From assembly GCF_009914755.1 (NCBI RefSeq), contig NC_060925.1: DNA of 64,000 nucleotides, one strand, 5' to 3'. How positions within the stretch are numbered: the first letter of the stretch is position 1; the number at the start of each line of letters is the position of its first letter. This document shows positions 15,518 through 32,085 of this stretch, piece by piece. The notes beneath the pieces were generated by a model. It searched no databases. It saw only the letters and a program-made list of their open reading frames with translations, and was not told the DNA's origin. The position numbers were made by a program, and so were the translations under genes. Origin of the DNA: the human T2T-CHM13v2.0 reference genome, Homo sapiens.

Positions 15518-15998
15518 TCATGCAGGCAGATGAGCCCTCAAAATTGGGGTTTAGCCTAGAAGGGTTCTTGGCTTTGCCCAGGAAAGAATTCAAGGGCAAG
15601 CCGGTGGTGTTAGACAGCAACTTGTACTGAAGTGGCAGTGTACAGCAGCAACAGAGGTATTGCTCCTTGCAGAGCAGGTCTACTCCACAGGCAGTGTGCC
15701 CAGAATAGCAGCTCAGAGGCAGGGCTGCAGTCATATTTATACCTATTTTTAATTATATGCAAATTAAAGGGTGGTTTATGCAAAATTTCTAGGATAAGGG
15801 TAGTAACTTCTGGGTTGTCAGGTCATTGCCATGGAAAAGTTTGGTAGCCGCTGGGCGTTGCCATGGCAATGGTAACTTGATGCACTGGTGGGGTTCTTAT
15901 GGATAGCTGCTTCCACCTGGGTCCTGTTTTAGCTAGTCCTCCATCTGGTCCAGTGTGTGAGTCCCCACCTCCAGAGTAGATTCCCACCTATTATCTTA
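15518..15998 (-). mobile_element. ERV1 solo LTR (MER66-like)
   Basis: Resembles the MER66 consensus; 4-bp TSD aaag (15514-15517 and 15999-16002). Confidence 0.75.
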
Positions 15999-16299
15999 AA
16001 AGGGATAGTTCCAGGGGGTTACAAGATAACATTTGACTTTTAGATTAAAAACAGGTTGTTCTCCTTCATCATATAGTCCTCAGATGGTGATTTCAGTGTT
16101 AGAGGACTGGGTCGCTTGAGGTTGCTATAGTTGATTGTTAGAATACTGGGAGTAAGGAGGTATTTAGTGGGCCAGTGAGGAAAAAGTAAGACCCTAGTAA
16201 CAGAATATGGCTAGTTGAAGGCTTTTTTTCCTTACAAACACAACTCCCAGCTCTCTTTCTTGTATGTAGGGTGTATCTGTAGATTGGTATCTTGGCCAG

Positions 16300-16443
16300 T
16301 TTCTAGTGCCCGCAGAGAAACATAGCTCTGCCAGCACCTTGATCTTGGACTTCAAGCTTCCAGAATTGTGAGACAGTAACTTTCTGCTGTTTAAGTCCCC
16401 AGTTTGTAGGACTTTGTTATGGCAGCCCTAACAGATTAATACA
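16300..16443 (+). mobile_element. MLT1-type MaLR LTR, 3' part
   Basis: ccagcaccttgatcttggacttc...ctttgttatggcagccctaacagattaataca. Confidence 0.8.
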
Positions 16444-17445
16444 GTGACAGCAAACCACAGTACTATTTGCAGTATCTAGAACTTCATCATCAATATAAAT
16501 CACGGATATTTTCAAAAAATGTTCCAGGGGTTACAGATATTTCAAAATATCATTTATGAGTATCAGTACTTTGAAATCACAGTTAATAAACCACTGCTAA
16601 ATCATATTATTTAAGGTGTTAATAAAGGAGTGCATATATTTTATACCAAATACAATTAAGGCTACAGTGCTTACACATCATCCTAGTTTTAGTAAATGGT
16701 CTGCAAATACTTACTTTGCATCAGTAGATATCTGAGGCTTACTCTGGCACTCTATTCTTTTGTAATTCTTTATCAGGCTTGCTCTGACATTCTGTTCTTC
16801 ACAATTCTTTATCAAAATCTCCTATATTTACCCCTGACAGTGTAGCTAGCCCATATGATTAGTCACAACCTTCAACATTCCTCAGTTAGTGAAGGTTAGA
16901 TTAACCTTCAGTTTCACTACAGAACCACTGTTTGGGGCAGCTGCTCTGAGCCCAACTGCTAGGTGACACAGAAGAACAGGCTCAACTCCCTGACGTGGAG
17001 GAGCACCCGTCCCTGGAATGTGTCACAGTTTTTATCCATGGCTTGGTAATTGACACAAACACCGTAGCCTACTGTATACCCTGAATGAGGTGCCAGCAGC
17101 TGCCAGCTTTTGTTGATGTTTTGGAAGAGAGGATGCCTGTGGAAGCCTACTAGGAGTGATGCAGACTAGGGGGAGCTGTAGCTCAAACATGCACAGAGAC
17201 AGTGGTGAGGAGCCACTCTTCCTGGAGGAAACTACAGAGATTCCCATACTAGAGATGGCAGGCAGGGATTAGGGGACTGGGAAATGGAGCAGAAATCAGG
17301 CTGATCAATGAAAGGACTCTCCACAGAGGCTTGATGCTGTGGTTCCCCTTCTCTACTCCAGCAAACATTAGTGGGGTAGAGATGCAGCACTGACTTTTCT
17401 GTAGACAGGGCCATCCTTAGGGCATGCAAGGCCCCAGCAAACTGG

Positions 17446-17448
<3 letters not shown>

Positions 17449-17483
<35 letters not shown>
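17449..17483. repeat. (TG)n microsatellite
   Basis: Seen directly. Confidence 0.97.
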
Positions 17484-17487
<4 letters not shown>

Positions 17488-18804
17488 TCTTTGTCTATGA
17501 AAACAATTTGATTTAAAAATGCATTACACAACTCATGGTCCCATGTGAGGTATAGTCATTTATGAATAAAAATTTTTTAATGAGTATCAAAAGACACTAA
17601 TTTGTTCATTGCCTAATCATTCTACATGAAGATTCTTCATCGTGTCCAGGCACCATCTCTTCCTTTTTGGAGTCTAGATCCTCTGTGTTTTTTATTGTCA
17701 AATGTGCACAATGTGCTGTTCTTGGTTAATTTTATATCTTCTCCGACCAGACAAAAATGACAACACTGCTATTACAATGCATGGCCCTTTAGAACCTGTT
17801 TATACAAGTTGAAAGGATAGAGATTTTCTTGCCCTTCTGTTTTCCTAATACCATGTATTCATTATTAATTATATCATTTCCCACAGTGTTGATCATCTAT
17901 TGTACCACCCATGAACAATGGCTTCCTTCCAATGACACTCAAAGGTTGCTTCTGTGCTTCATTGATAACCACAATTACAAATATTATCCAAGCGGGAAAA
18001 ATCTAAATAATATTTCCTCTTCTAGTCTTGTTAAATTTACCATTTGGAATCTATAGTATGTCTTCATCTGAACTCTTTAGGCCATAATCAACACATGGCT
18101 AAAATGGGATTTCTTTCCATGGGGCCTGCATCCCTGCTTTCTACCCCTTGTACCCAGTGGGAGGTCAGATCTTATGAGGAGTGATAGAGCAGCTCCATCC
18201 CCACGAGAAATGTCCACCCATCTGCTAGCATGGCTTAAGATGAGCCCAGGAGAATGCCCCATTTCTATATGCATTGGAGGCAGGGCATTGAAAGGAGGGG
18301 CCCATTGGTGTTTTAGAAATCTCTGGGGAGAGAACAGCCTGATACATGGGCTGGAGCCAGTGGTGGGGGTGGGGTTGGGGGTGGGGGCTGGGAGGCTGAA
18401 AGAGGAGGTGACTGGCCTGGGTGCCATAGTAGGAGCACACAGTATAAAGGACATCTGTTACCACCCTCCCCATCCTCATGTGTCATAGTCCACAGGTGCC
18501 AGATGTAGCATCACAGTTGGAACACCAGGCAAGGGCTGTCACAAAGGCCCACACATATTTGCAAGCCCCAGAGTTGGGAATGAACAGTTGGTAGCCTAGA
18601 GCCCTGAACTGGAAACATGTAATAATCTCTAGTAAATCTAACGGAAAAAATAAAAGAATCTCAGTTGCTTTAATACAGCATAATAAAAAGAAATACCATT
18701 TCATAAAAACCATACCCCAAATAATTGGACTTGGTGGATTCAGGAGGAGCTGCCAAATGGAGTAGGGTCATTTCATCATATGTCAAAGTATCACTTGTAA
18801 GATG

Positions 18805-19040
18805 GCTGGGATAGACTGAATCCTGCCCCCCCAAAATTCATATGCTGAATCCTGAATCCTCAGTGTGATAGTATTTGGAGGTGGGGACTTTGTGAGGTGA
18901 TGAGGCTTAGCTGAGTTCATGAGGGTGAGGTCCTCCTAATGGGATTAATGTCCTTATAAAAACAGACCTAAGAGCTTTCTCTCTCTCTCTCCCCGCTCCA
19001 TGTGAGCACACAACCAGAAGGTGGCCGTCTGCAAGCCAGG
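18805..19040 (+). mobile_element. MLT1A-type MaLR LTR, 5' part
   Basis: ccccccaaaattcatatgctgaatcc...gtatttggaggtgggg...gtggccgtctgcaagccagg. Confidence 0.8.
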
Positions 19041-20202
19041 CTGTCTGTCAATAGCTGTAGGATGCTTAGAACAGTTCCTGGCATGTAGTAAGCTATGTGT
19101 TTATTAAATTAAATATACACAAATAAAAGTAAAGCACCTTTGAACTGTCTTTTATGTGTATATTATGTTTAAATATTATTTTTTGATGACAGAAAACAGT
19201 TTAGATCTAATGCCTCAGGTGTTAGTTTTTCTCCTTTTCCTTTTCTATACTATTACTCGGTTGTTGTTAATTTATATATTATTTTTCTCTGCCTCGTAAT
19301 TCATCAGTGATACTGAAGCCTTTATGTCATGGTTGGTTTCCCTTTCCTCATCAAAAAACTTACTAAAGAATAGAAAGCATTTATAATAAGAAAGAAAAAT
19401 ATTCATTAATAATTTAGATTTTCCTATACACCTATGTGTGTGTATTTTATTTTCCCTTTTGTCAGAGTGCAATTTTATCTGTAACCAATGATGTTATCAC
19501 ACAATTGAATAAATCAGCATTTTTATTTAGAAGACAACATTTTTCAAGTAGAGAAAAATTGATCCTCTGAATATTCATTTCTTTATCTTAAATAAATAAT
19601 GGTTATCTTTGCAAACACAGTGATTGCAAGACATGTACTTCTGCTTTCTCTTAACCTAGAGTTTTGTTGTTGTTATTTCATTGGTTTTGTTTTGTTTCAT
19701 AGATAGCACATTTAGAACATTAGGAATGTTATCTTGATTTTGTCCAAATCTTTGAAGGTCCTCCCAGATTGATATATGCAATTAGTGGTCTTTTTATACT
19801 ATGCTAATACTATGGAAATTGCATTGCATTTGAGAGATATTATTGCCTTTGTATTTAAGAATTAAATATACAAACTGATCTTCATCAACTTTTTCTCTAC
19901 GGAAACTGGGTTCTATTCAAAATATATCAGGGTTATTTTCAATATACTCATTTCCTATCTCAGGAAATATGGAGATGCCAAACTGCCTCTATGCCTAAAA
20001 AGCTACAGCCCCTGTTTAGGATGCCTGGATTTCACTTGGACTCCCCATTCCCCATCTTTTAATTCATGGGCTTTTATTTAGTGGGGAAGAACTCATTGCC
20101 TTTAGTGAAAGAATTTCACTAAAAGTGAAGCTTCAAATGCTTGGTCAAAGTGGAGGTTATAGCTATCGTTTTTTGTACAAGGAAAATAAAGAAAAGAGAT
20201 AG

Positions 20203-20562
20203 TGTATTAGCCTGTTCTCACACTGCTATAAAGAAATACCCAAGACTAGGTAATTTATAAATGAAAGAGGTTTAATTGACTCACAGTTCCACATGGCTGG
20301 GGAGGCCTCAGGAAACTTACAATCATGGTAGAAGGGGAAGCAAGCACATTTCACATGGCGGCAGGAGAGAGAAGAAAAGTTCAGGTGAAACTGCCATTTA
20401 TAAAACCATCAGATCTCATGATAACTCCATCGCTATCACAAGAACTGCATGGGGGAAACTGCCCCCATGATCCAATCACCTCCCAACAGGTCTCTCCCTT
20501 AACACCTGGAGATTACAATTCAAGATGAAATTTAGGCAGGGACACAAAGTCTAACCATATCA
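20203..20562 (-). mobile_element. MaLR solo LTR (THE1D/MSTA-like)
   Basis: tgtattagcctgttctcacactgc...accatatca; TSD gatag. Confidence 0.93.
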
Positions 20563-21255
20563 GATAGGAACCTGAACCACAGCAGGTAGAGGCTGGTCTT
20601 GGGAACTGTCCCATCCAGAGCTCCCTCACTTCCCTGAGTGAGCTTTGGGGAACCAGAACATGGCTTTGTATTTATCCACCAGAGGGTGGCCATGCCCTGT
20701 TACTGATGGAAGAATCTGGGGAGGTCAGAGATTTGCCTACAGAGCTGCAGGGCTCTGCTGCTGGTCACCCACGCTGCAAAACCCAAACCTCCCTCTACTG
20801 GGCCCTCAGTTTGCGCACATAAGGAAACCCATTGCCTTCCTTTAATCAGACTAGGGCTCTAACCTAGTGAACTATCAAAACAGAAACGTAGACCACTCTT
20901 CCTTAAGTTTGAAGGTGTGCAGTCTTCCTCCTGTCATTAAAAAAGAAAACCTGTGTCCTAAGGATCCAACCTTGGTAACAACCAGCAACAGCCACACATA
21001 CGTGAAGTTCTCTTTATTTTCATGGCTCTGCAGATCTTCTCAAGCATGGACAGCTCATTGTCAATGATGTTCTGAGCAGGTTAGGGACAGAAGGCAGGGG
21101 GCGCTCCTCCTCCTGAACCACAGGTAGAGGTTAACTTTACCTCTGTTTGTCATTGTATATCCCCATCAGAGCTGAATTATATAGTCCCCAGGCAACTATT
21201 AATTTAAAAGAGACAAGGAATATTTAATTCTCCGAATAAGAATCCAACAAAGCAG

Positions 21256-21557
<302 letters not shown>

Positions 21558-21595
21558 AAGAATCCAACAAAGCTATGGATTTTATCTTATCCTTT

Positions 21596-21892
<297 letters not shown>

Positions 21893-22509
21893 TTATTTTA
21901 TCCTTTGAAAATGAGAAAGAAAAATCTAAAGCTTTTCCTTAAATCTAAGACCCGCAAGACTTATATCTTTGATGAAACAGATATGTGAATTTAAATATTT
22001 TATCCAGGGCTAAAAGTATTAAAACTACCAATCAGAAACCCATATTTTCAGGAGACAGGTTGCCAACGATGGGATGACTTTTACTCAATAGTGGTTCTGA
22101 GTGTTTGTAGGAGGAACCGGGAGAAACACATTTTAACCAGGCTAGCATACAGTTAAGCAGCCACTGCAGGCTTTCCCTTACTGGAAGTCCCACTCAGAGA
22201 AAAAGGCCTTTGCGCTAAGTTTAGGTAATTTGCAATGAGACAATATGCCACACTGCTACCAAGGAAACAATGATTTATTGTAGGGAAAAAATTCAAATCA
22301 AAACAATAGAACTATTCATTGTGGAAAAATTATTAAAACAAAAACCTCTGTGTTATGTTTAGGTTTCAGGAAAAATAGTAATCTTCTCGATTTATAACTT
22401 CTGATGCCTCGGAAAGAGGAACAAGTAATAATTGTTCATCTTTACTATGGGAAGTACAGGAATTTTACTAAATTTGAGAGTTCTGTCATTAATTTTTAAG
22501 ACTACTTAT

Positions 22510-23396
22510 TGTTTTATATCTTTAATTCCTTAAAACAAGATGTCTCAAACTGTAAAATTCAGCATAAAGGGTACTGATATATATTTCATAATAGATAAGC
22601 CAAGAGTGAAATAATACAAAAACAGATACAGTGCTATATGAAAACTTAATCTAGGATGAACATAATATCTCAATTTATTAGAAATTAATGTTGTATTTTA
22701 AAAATGAGGCCAGCATAAATGTATACAGTTTTGGAAGAAAGATTGCTGCACACACCATTTGTATAAGGAAAATTCAGGTGGACTATATACTAAAACTTAA
22801 ATACACATATATGATTTTATTCCCTTTTGTGTGTATCACAGTAAAAATTGGGAATAACAATTGGATAAACTTCAACATAATAAAACTCAGAAAATATAAA
22901 GAAAAATAATAATGTAATATTAAAAATTATGTGGCAAAAGTAAATGTAAGCCAGAGAGAAAATATTTGCAACTGATTAATAGTCAATATAAAATGAATTC
23001 TACAAACTGAAAAGAAAAAGACTGTCAAATAAAAAATTGGACAAAAATGAAGCAATAGACAATTACAGAGGGAAAATTGCCTATAGCTAACAAATATATG
23101 GAAAGAAGTTTAACCTTACAGGCATTTAGAGATATGAAAATAGAAAATTATAAATTAGTCTCTATTAATCAGATTGGCAAAATTTTAAGCATTCAAAGTT
23201 GAAAAGATTTTGGTAAAACAAAGGTATACATCAGTGGTAGAGGTATGAATTTCTACAATGGAAAGTAATTGGAAAGTAATCTGGCAGTTTCTGATAACAT
23301 TTAAGTATATATAATGCTTAACCTATAAATCTCACTTTTATGATACACATTCTATAAAAATATAGATACATATAAGTGTACACATACATATATGCA
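22510..23396 (+). mobile_element. Highly diverged L1M (L1ME-type) ORF2/3' fragment
   Basis: A-rich degenerate L1 motifs (gaaaatatttgcaac, aaaattggacaaaa...agacaatt). Confidence 0.55.
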
Positions 23397-23816
23397 TGAT
23401 ATAGTCTGGATATTTGTCCCCACCCAAATCACGTATTGAATTATAATCTCTGATGTTGGAGATGGGACCTGGAGGGAGGTGACTGAATCATGGAGCCGGA
23501 TTTCTCAGGCATGGTTTAGCACCATCCACTTGGTAGTGTTCTCATGATAGTGAGTGAGTTTTCATTAGATCTGTCCATTTAAAAGTGCATGGCACCACCC
23601 CACCACCACTCTCCCTTTTGCTCCTGCTTTTGCCACGTGACATGTCTTTTCCCCCTTTGCCTTCCGCCATGATTGGAAGCTTCCTGAGGCCTCTCCAGAA
23701 GCAGATACGCTATGCTTCTTGTACAGCTTGCAGAACCATAAACCAATTAAACCTCTTTTCTTATAAATTACCCAGTCTCAGGTATTTCTTTATAGCAATG
23801 AAAGAATGACCTAACA
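23397..23816 (+). mobile_element. MST-type MaLR solo LTR
   Basis: tgatatagtctggatatttgtcccc...ccaattaaacctcttttcttataaattacccagtctcaggtatttc. Confidence 0.9.
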
Positions 23817-24503
23817 TAGTACATATATAAGTACATCATCACATATATAAAACATTTTCATTGTAGACAATAAACATATAAATAATAAAGGAAATTGTCC
23901 CTAGTTTGAAGATAACCTTGAATCTATAGAGTGAATAGGGTCACAGACTTTCAGACAGAATTGATAAAGCAAATACATCTACCTAGGATTATTCTGGAAA
24001 AAAAAATCTCTGAATTCAGAGGCAGAAAGTTGTACTTTATAGAAGTTTTCGGTTACTAGGTTTATTAGATCTTTTCATGTTCCTTAATAGAAAATACATT
24101 CTTCACACTATTCTAAAAACTATATATATACTTTTTTACATTATTTTGCTTTTATAACTGACTGTCTTCTGCTACCCAGTTCCAGAGATTTGAGGTATAA
24201 ATACGCCATCTAGAAGGCACTTGGAACCTTCACAGCTGACAATAGTTCACATTTCTGAAATACTAAAAATTCAAGCAAGTGTATCAAAATATCAAAGAAA
24301 GTTATCACATTGTATTGCTAATGAATATGTACTTTTTCATATATGGTTATTGGAGGGTAAGGTATTTTTTTCTTTTAAACAGCTAAGTGGACTTTGATCA
24401 GTTATGGCTATGTCTCCATCTAGTGGTAGGTAAGTACTCTAAGGATTTGCACAGTAAGTGAGGCCATTGTCACACTGAAACAGCTGAGGTGCTGAATACA
24501 TAG

Positions 24504-24876
<373 letters not shown>

Positions 24877-25189
24877 TTGCTTTTAATACAGGATGAAATA
24901 ATATTTTCTGCTGATGATAACTTGCATTTAAATTCCTACTTGCAAATTTAGTAACATCAAGTTTTTGAGGTATTCACAAAGTCTTTTCAAACATTAACTA
25001 AAATTCAAAAGTTTAAATATATATTAAAAAAACTAGTGGCCCTTATTTATGGATTAGTTAGCTACATAGGCCTCTTATCTGTTCTTCCTGAACTTCAGAG
25101 CCAAGACTTCTTATCCACACTTATTTATAGCCCTCAGACCTTTTTAAATATGAAGTCCCAGGTATAACATTTATATACCTTTGTGATGA

Positions 25190-25545
25190 CTCTCCATTTA
25201 CTAACTGAACCTTTTGAGCCTTCATTCTGTCATCTGTAACAATGTCAATAAACACTTCACAAACCTATAATACTTTCTGCATTTATATACATTGTCTCAT
25301 GTAATCCTTCCCACCACCCCCTGAGGGGGATAGAGAAAGTGTTTACTGTCTCTATCTTATGATGAGGAAGATGTAGTTCAAAGAGATCTTATAACTCATC
25401 CAAACTCAATAAACTGGCAAATGGCAGAGCTAGAAATTTATATTAGATTTCTTGATTCCAAGTTCAATGTTCTTTGTAAGATTTGCCCCATTTACAACTA
25501 TGATGATTAAGGGAGCTAATGTTTGTATAAATGCTTAAGTCCAAT
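25190..25545. mobile_element. MIR fragments
   Basis: MIR core motifs (ttctgtcatctgtaac; ctcatgtaatccttc...gatgaggaa...aatggcagagctagaa). Confidence 0.55.
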
Positions 25546-26343
25546 AGAACCATAATTTATTGTAAAATTACATAATAAAGATAATGAGGTCCCTGAATGT
25601 GAGACACTTATGGGGAGATCAGAGAATCCTTCATAAAAGCATATATATCAGGCTGAATTTAGCTGACCCTCAAAATGAAAATTCTCCAGAAATCTGAAGC
25701 CTATATAATCTATTAGATATATATTTTTCTATCTTCCCACTCTCTGTGGCCATCTTCTTAAAACATTACTAGGTGAATTATTGCTAAGTTTTCTTACATA
25801 AATTAGATGAACAACAAGAAAAAAGCTACATAACTTAACAAACGTATGTCTTAGTAGCAAACAACAACAACAAACCCAAACTAACTGAATGCCTGTATGT
25901 GTTGGTTGTGTGTATAAGGCGCTGTACGTAAGAAGTGTGTATGTTGGGGCTGGAGTCTGCTATAAAGAACAGTAATGTCAGATTCTTTCCCTTGAAGTTT
26001 TTGTTTCCCCTTCTCCGCCACTTCCCTTTCCCATTTCACTCTATTCCCATCAAAAGGATTCTGACTTGCATAAAACGACAGAACCACAGGAATGGGAAAG
26101 GGAAATAAAAACGGAGTCATTTTTTTGCTCCTGTTTCATGACATCTGCACAAGTCGCCTTCCAGTCTTTAATTTCAGTGGAACCTTTAAGTACTTGTTAT
26201 ATGTCTTTGTAGAAAAACAGATTTCGACCATATGCTCTATGCAGAAGGGAAGCTGAATTGCAACCTCAATTTCTCCTAATTTCTGCCTCCTGACCACCCC
26301 CTCCCCACCCAATCCATGAACATCTTTACAAGTATCAGAAGCA

Positions 26344-26672
26344 GGCCAGGCATAGTGGCTCATGCCTGTAATCCCAGCACTTTGGGAAACCAAGGTGGGA
26401 GAATTCCTTGAGGAGGGGAATTCAAGACCAGCCTGGACAACATAGAAAGACCCAACCCCCTCCGCCGCCGCCCCACCACAAGAAGTTTTTTCTTTTTCTT
26501 TTTCTTTCTTTCCTTCTTTTTTTTTTTAATTAGCCAGGCATGGTAGTGCGCATATGAGGTCCCAGCTACTGGGGAGGCTTAGGTAGGAGGATTGCTTGAG
26601 CCCAGGAGTTTGAGGTTAAAGTGAGTTGTGCCACTGTACTCCAGCCTGGGCAATAGAGTGAGACCCTGTCTC
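26344..26672 (+). mobile_element. AluJ with altered central linker
   Basis: AluJ diagnostics (ggaggattgcttgagcccaggag); TSD agaagca. Confidence 0.9.
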
Positions 26673-26674
26673 TA

Positions 26675-26675
<1 letters not shown>

Positions 26676-26744
<69 letters not shown>

Positions 26745-26776
26745 AAGAAGAAGAAGAAGAAAAAGAAAAAAAGAAG
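26676..26776. repeat. Compound (TAA)n(GAA)n microsatellite in the Alu tail
   Basis: Seen directly. Confidence 0.95.
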
Positions 26777-28766
26777 AAGCAAAACCCAAAGAGCTAATCT
26801 CATACTTGCTCTCTTTCTTTTCTGCCACTACAGAAAACAGAAGAGGACTAGAATTACTTGTGGTCCTAATAATCTAACCAGGCATACTCAAAACTAATCG
26901 CAAATGTTTCTTTTAGGATGTATACAAGGCCTAAAATTGACTTTGGAAACATTGAGTATCTTCCCTTCCCATCACAGGCAATAAACAAATGTGGGCTGGT
27001 GCACATCTTTTCCTGCCCCTGAAAAGGTTTTATTACCTCTGGACAAGTGATTTCCTAACCTGAGGTCAATATTATCTTAATCATATTTCACAGATAGGCC
27101 AATGCTTAGCATATTCTCCAAATCACAAGAAATTTTGAGTTGTACTTAGAAAAGACATTAGGTTGAGTGTCAGGAAATCAGATTCCAGCCCCAGCTGTCA
27201 TTGGCAGATATGATCCTGGGTGGGTCATTTACCACTCAGGACCTTAATTCCCTCTCTTGAGAATTTAAGAACTTAAAGTAGAGAATCTCAAAGCTGTCTG
27301 CTAACATGACTATACTTTAAGCAAGAACTGGAAATGAGTTGCTGACCTTTCCTTCATAGTTCCTGGTAGTGAAATGAATCAATTCTATTGAGCAATCATT
27401 GCAGAAGAACCTGCTGTGAAGATAACTGATGCAAGCTTGTTAAAAGCTCTTCCAAGAGTGGATCCCACATTTCCCTTACATTTAACGTGTCATTTAACAT
27501 AGTTAATCTTTGTTTTCTCAAGAGTGAAATGGATAAACACTCAACTTCAGAGGTGTTTTTTTCTGCCTCTTGAGAATCACAATTATCATTGCTGGTCTTC
27601 CTTTTTCTTTTTCTTAGTAAACTTTAATCTAGATTTTAAAGTTTCATGGAAATAGATATTTGGGTTCTTTCAGGTTTTTTTCTGATATACAATTCAAGTT
27701 TTTTCCTTTGAGGTACTCTTCTGGGCTCCCTGTCTGAAAGAAGAGTTGCCTATGGATAGAACGTTGCTCTCTGTCCTCAATTAGCCAACAAAGCCCATCA
27801 AGGCTGCCCTGCTCAGTGCTAAGGCCATCTCGCTCCCAAAACCTGCCCTCACCCCTTGCTACTTGTCCCTCCAGTGATCCTGGATCCTTTTGGAGAGAGG
27901 TTGTCCTAAGAGCCCAATAGAGGAATCAGGCACCCGGATCAGTTGTTTCCCTGCTGTGTTCCCTAAGTTAATGTCATGCTCTCCTACACCCACATTTTTG
28001 TCCCTCCACACTTTTACAAAAACTCTCAAAAACAATATCCAGAGTGCCATGGTTTCCAAATGATTTATTCCTTTGCAGAAGACCCCAAGAAGTCCCATCT
28101 TCTTCAGGGAAATCTGGGACAATCCAATTGCATAAATTTCCAGCTAGGGGTATCTAGGGATTTTCTTAAAGCAAGGAGTTATGAAGGGCTTCCAACTGCT
28201 CCTGAAGTTTCCAACTATGAGGCCAACCAGAGACTCTTTCAGTCCCACACTACATGAGCCCTCTGGGAGATACCCACTCCTTCTGGAGCCATAAGCAAGC
28301 AGGAACAGGTTTTAGGGCACTCACCAGCCCCCACCTCCTTCTCACAGAAGGGTCTTCCTGCCCCTGCATCCCACTCTACTGTGGCTTCAGATTCTGATAC
28401 TGTCCCTGGGTGGTCCCATAACAGCCACCTGAGAGTACCACCATTCATTTCTCCTCCATTCCTACTCCCATTTATAAGGTTTTGTTTATTTTGCTGGTTG
28501 TTATATGTTTATTATATCAGTGTCAATACATCTTTGTATATCTGAATTAATTATAACAAATAAAATGGAAAAGGATTGGAACCACTTTATCATTTTCCAC
28601 ACTAGCTAATGAAAGCATTGCTTCTTCGAGGAGATACAACTTCTTACTGAGTTTTTCTAATGCTATATTTCTAATCAGATTAACAGAGAAAATAAAAAAT
28701 AGCTGCTAGTCAAGAGATCATTTACACACTTGAATATCTAACAATTATCTTGAGGCAAAAAGGTAA

Positions 28767-29114
<348 letters not shown>

Positions 29115-29335
29115 TTAATATCATTTCTTGTGTTCTTTTCAACAGATATTCATTCATAACTGTATTAGGCTGGGGTTCCATTAGGAGCCCTGGAGCGTAC
29201 AAATTAAAATAGCATGCTCCATGCCAGTACTTTACAATCAAATAAGGATATAATAAATTGCTATACTAGCACTTGAAATTTACTTGGGAAACAAAGCATA
29301 ACATAAATAATATATTCATGAAAAGTTAAAGACTA

Positions 29336-30683
<1,348 letters not shown>

Positions 30684-30961
30684 AAGTTAAAGACTATTGA
30701 CACTTCCTGAAAATGTATGACTCGAGAAATACTATGTTGTACTTAACACTACATATAAGTACACATCAAGGCAACATCATGACAAGGCTGACTTTTGAAG
30801 CCATCTCATCCCACACAAAATAATTAGAAAAATGGATACAATTAATCCAAATTAATTTTTAAATGTATCACTGAAATATGTAGAATTATGTGTCAATTAT
30901 AAATTTAAAAATTAATTTAAAAATACATAACTGAGATTGAAATTAAGAAAGAGAAATCCTG

Positions 30962-31216
30962 GGCCAGTTGTGATGGCTCACGCCTATAATCCCAGCACTT
31001 TGGGAGGCTGAGGCAGGCAGAGTTCGAGACCAACCTGAGCAACTTTACAAAAAAATACAAAAAATTAGCAGGGCATGGTGGCACGTGCCTATAGTTTCAG
31101 TTACTTGGGAGGCTGAGGTAGGAGGATTGTTTGAGCCTGAGAGGTTAAGGCTGTGGTAAGCTGAGATCAGGCCACTGCACTCCATCCAGCCTGAGAGACA
31201 GGGTGAGACCCTGTCT

Positions 31217-31273
<57 letters not shown>

Positions 31274-31316
31274 AGAGAGAAGGGGGGGAGAGAGAGAGAT
31301 AGAGAGAGAGAGAGAG
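30962..31316 (+). mobile_element. AluJ with (CA)n(GA)n microsatellite tail
   Basis: AluJ with internal deletions; TSD agagaaatcct. Confidence 0.9.
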
Positions 31317-32085
31317 AAATCCTCGGGGAGAGGAAATAAATAGAATATTGAAAATCAATGTAGTGAGTAAGAGCTAAACCCAGTGACTTATGGAGGAGAC
31401 AGAATGGGGTAAATCCCTAGGGGGAGGGCCATGATTTTAGCACATACCAGGGTTCTGGATTTGAGTCTAAAGTCCCATGCAACACTGGCACCTAGAAATG
31501 GGCTCTTTAATAAATCTGACAGCCAGTCCATAAAATGAAAATTAGAATACCCTTACCACTAAGACGATGAAGCAGCAAAGAAGCAAGTCAACTACTCTGT
31601 GCTATGGGAGAAAAAAAGACACAGGAAGCACATCTCTGAACCTTGCTAATGCTATTGTGTGAATTTACATTATCCTGTCTATGTGGAAAACCCCAACTGA
31701 GAAATTCTTATATAAATTGAAACTACTGGGCCCTTGGTAGAATGAAATGTGCCCCTTGTCACAAGAAACCTCCACAAACCAGTGCACTTGATGCCTGTGG
31801 AAAAAACTCCCACTGAAGACGAGTTCTTAGAAAAAATGTACAATCCTCAAGAGGAGACAAAGAACTAGGGAAGAGAGAGCTCTGGGATGCAATGAATTAG
31901 AGAAACCACATCTAAAGAAATACAGAGAATAGAAAAATACAAAAATGCTTTAAATTAAGGATATCTACAATATTCAAAGAGAAGAAAGGAGGAGAAATCA
32001 TAATAGACAGACATATTGCAAAGGATAGGGCATATTTAAGAAAGAACACAACAGAAATTCTAAAAGTGAAAAATAGAGTAATTCA

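Noticed and set aside
16890-16910. Small hairpin tgaaggtta-gat-taaccttca
   Set aside because: A stem this short is expected by chance in 64 kb.
16300-19040. MLT1 3' part and MLT1 5' part as one split element
   Set aside because: The order is wrong for same-strand halves, so they are probably independent insertions.
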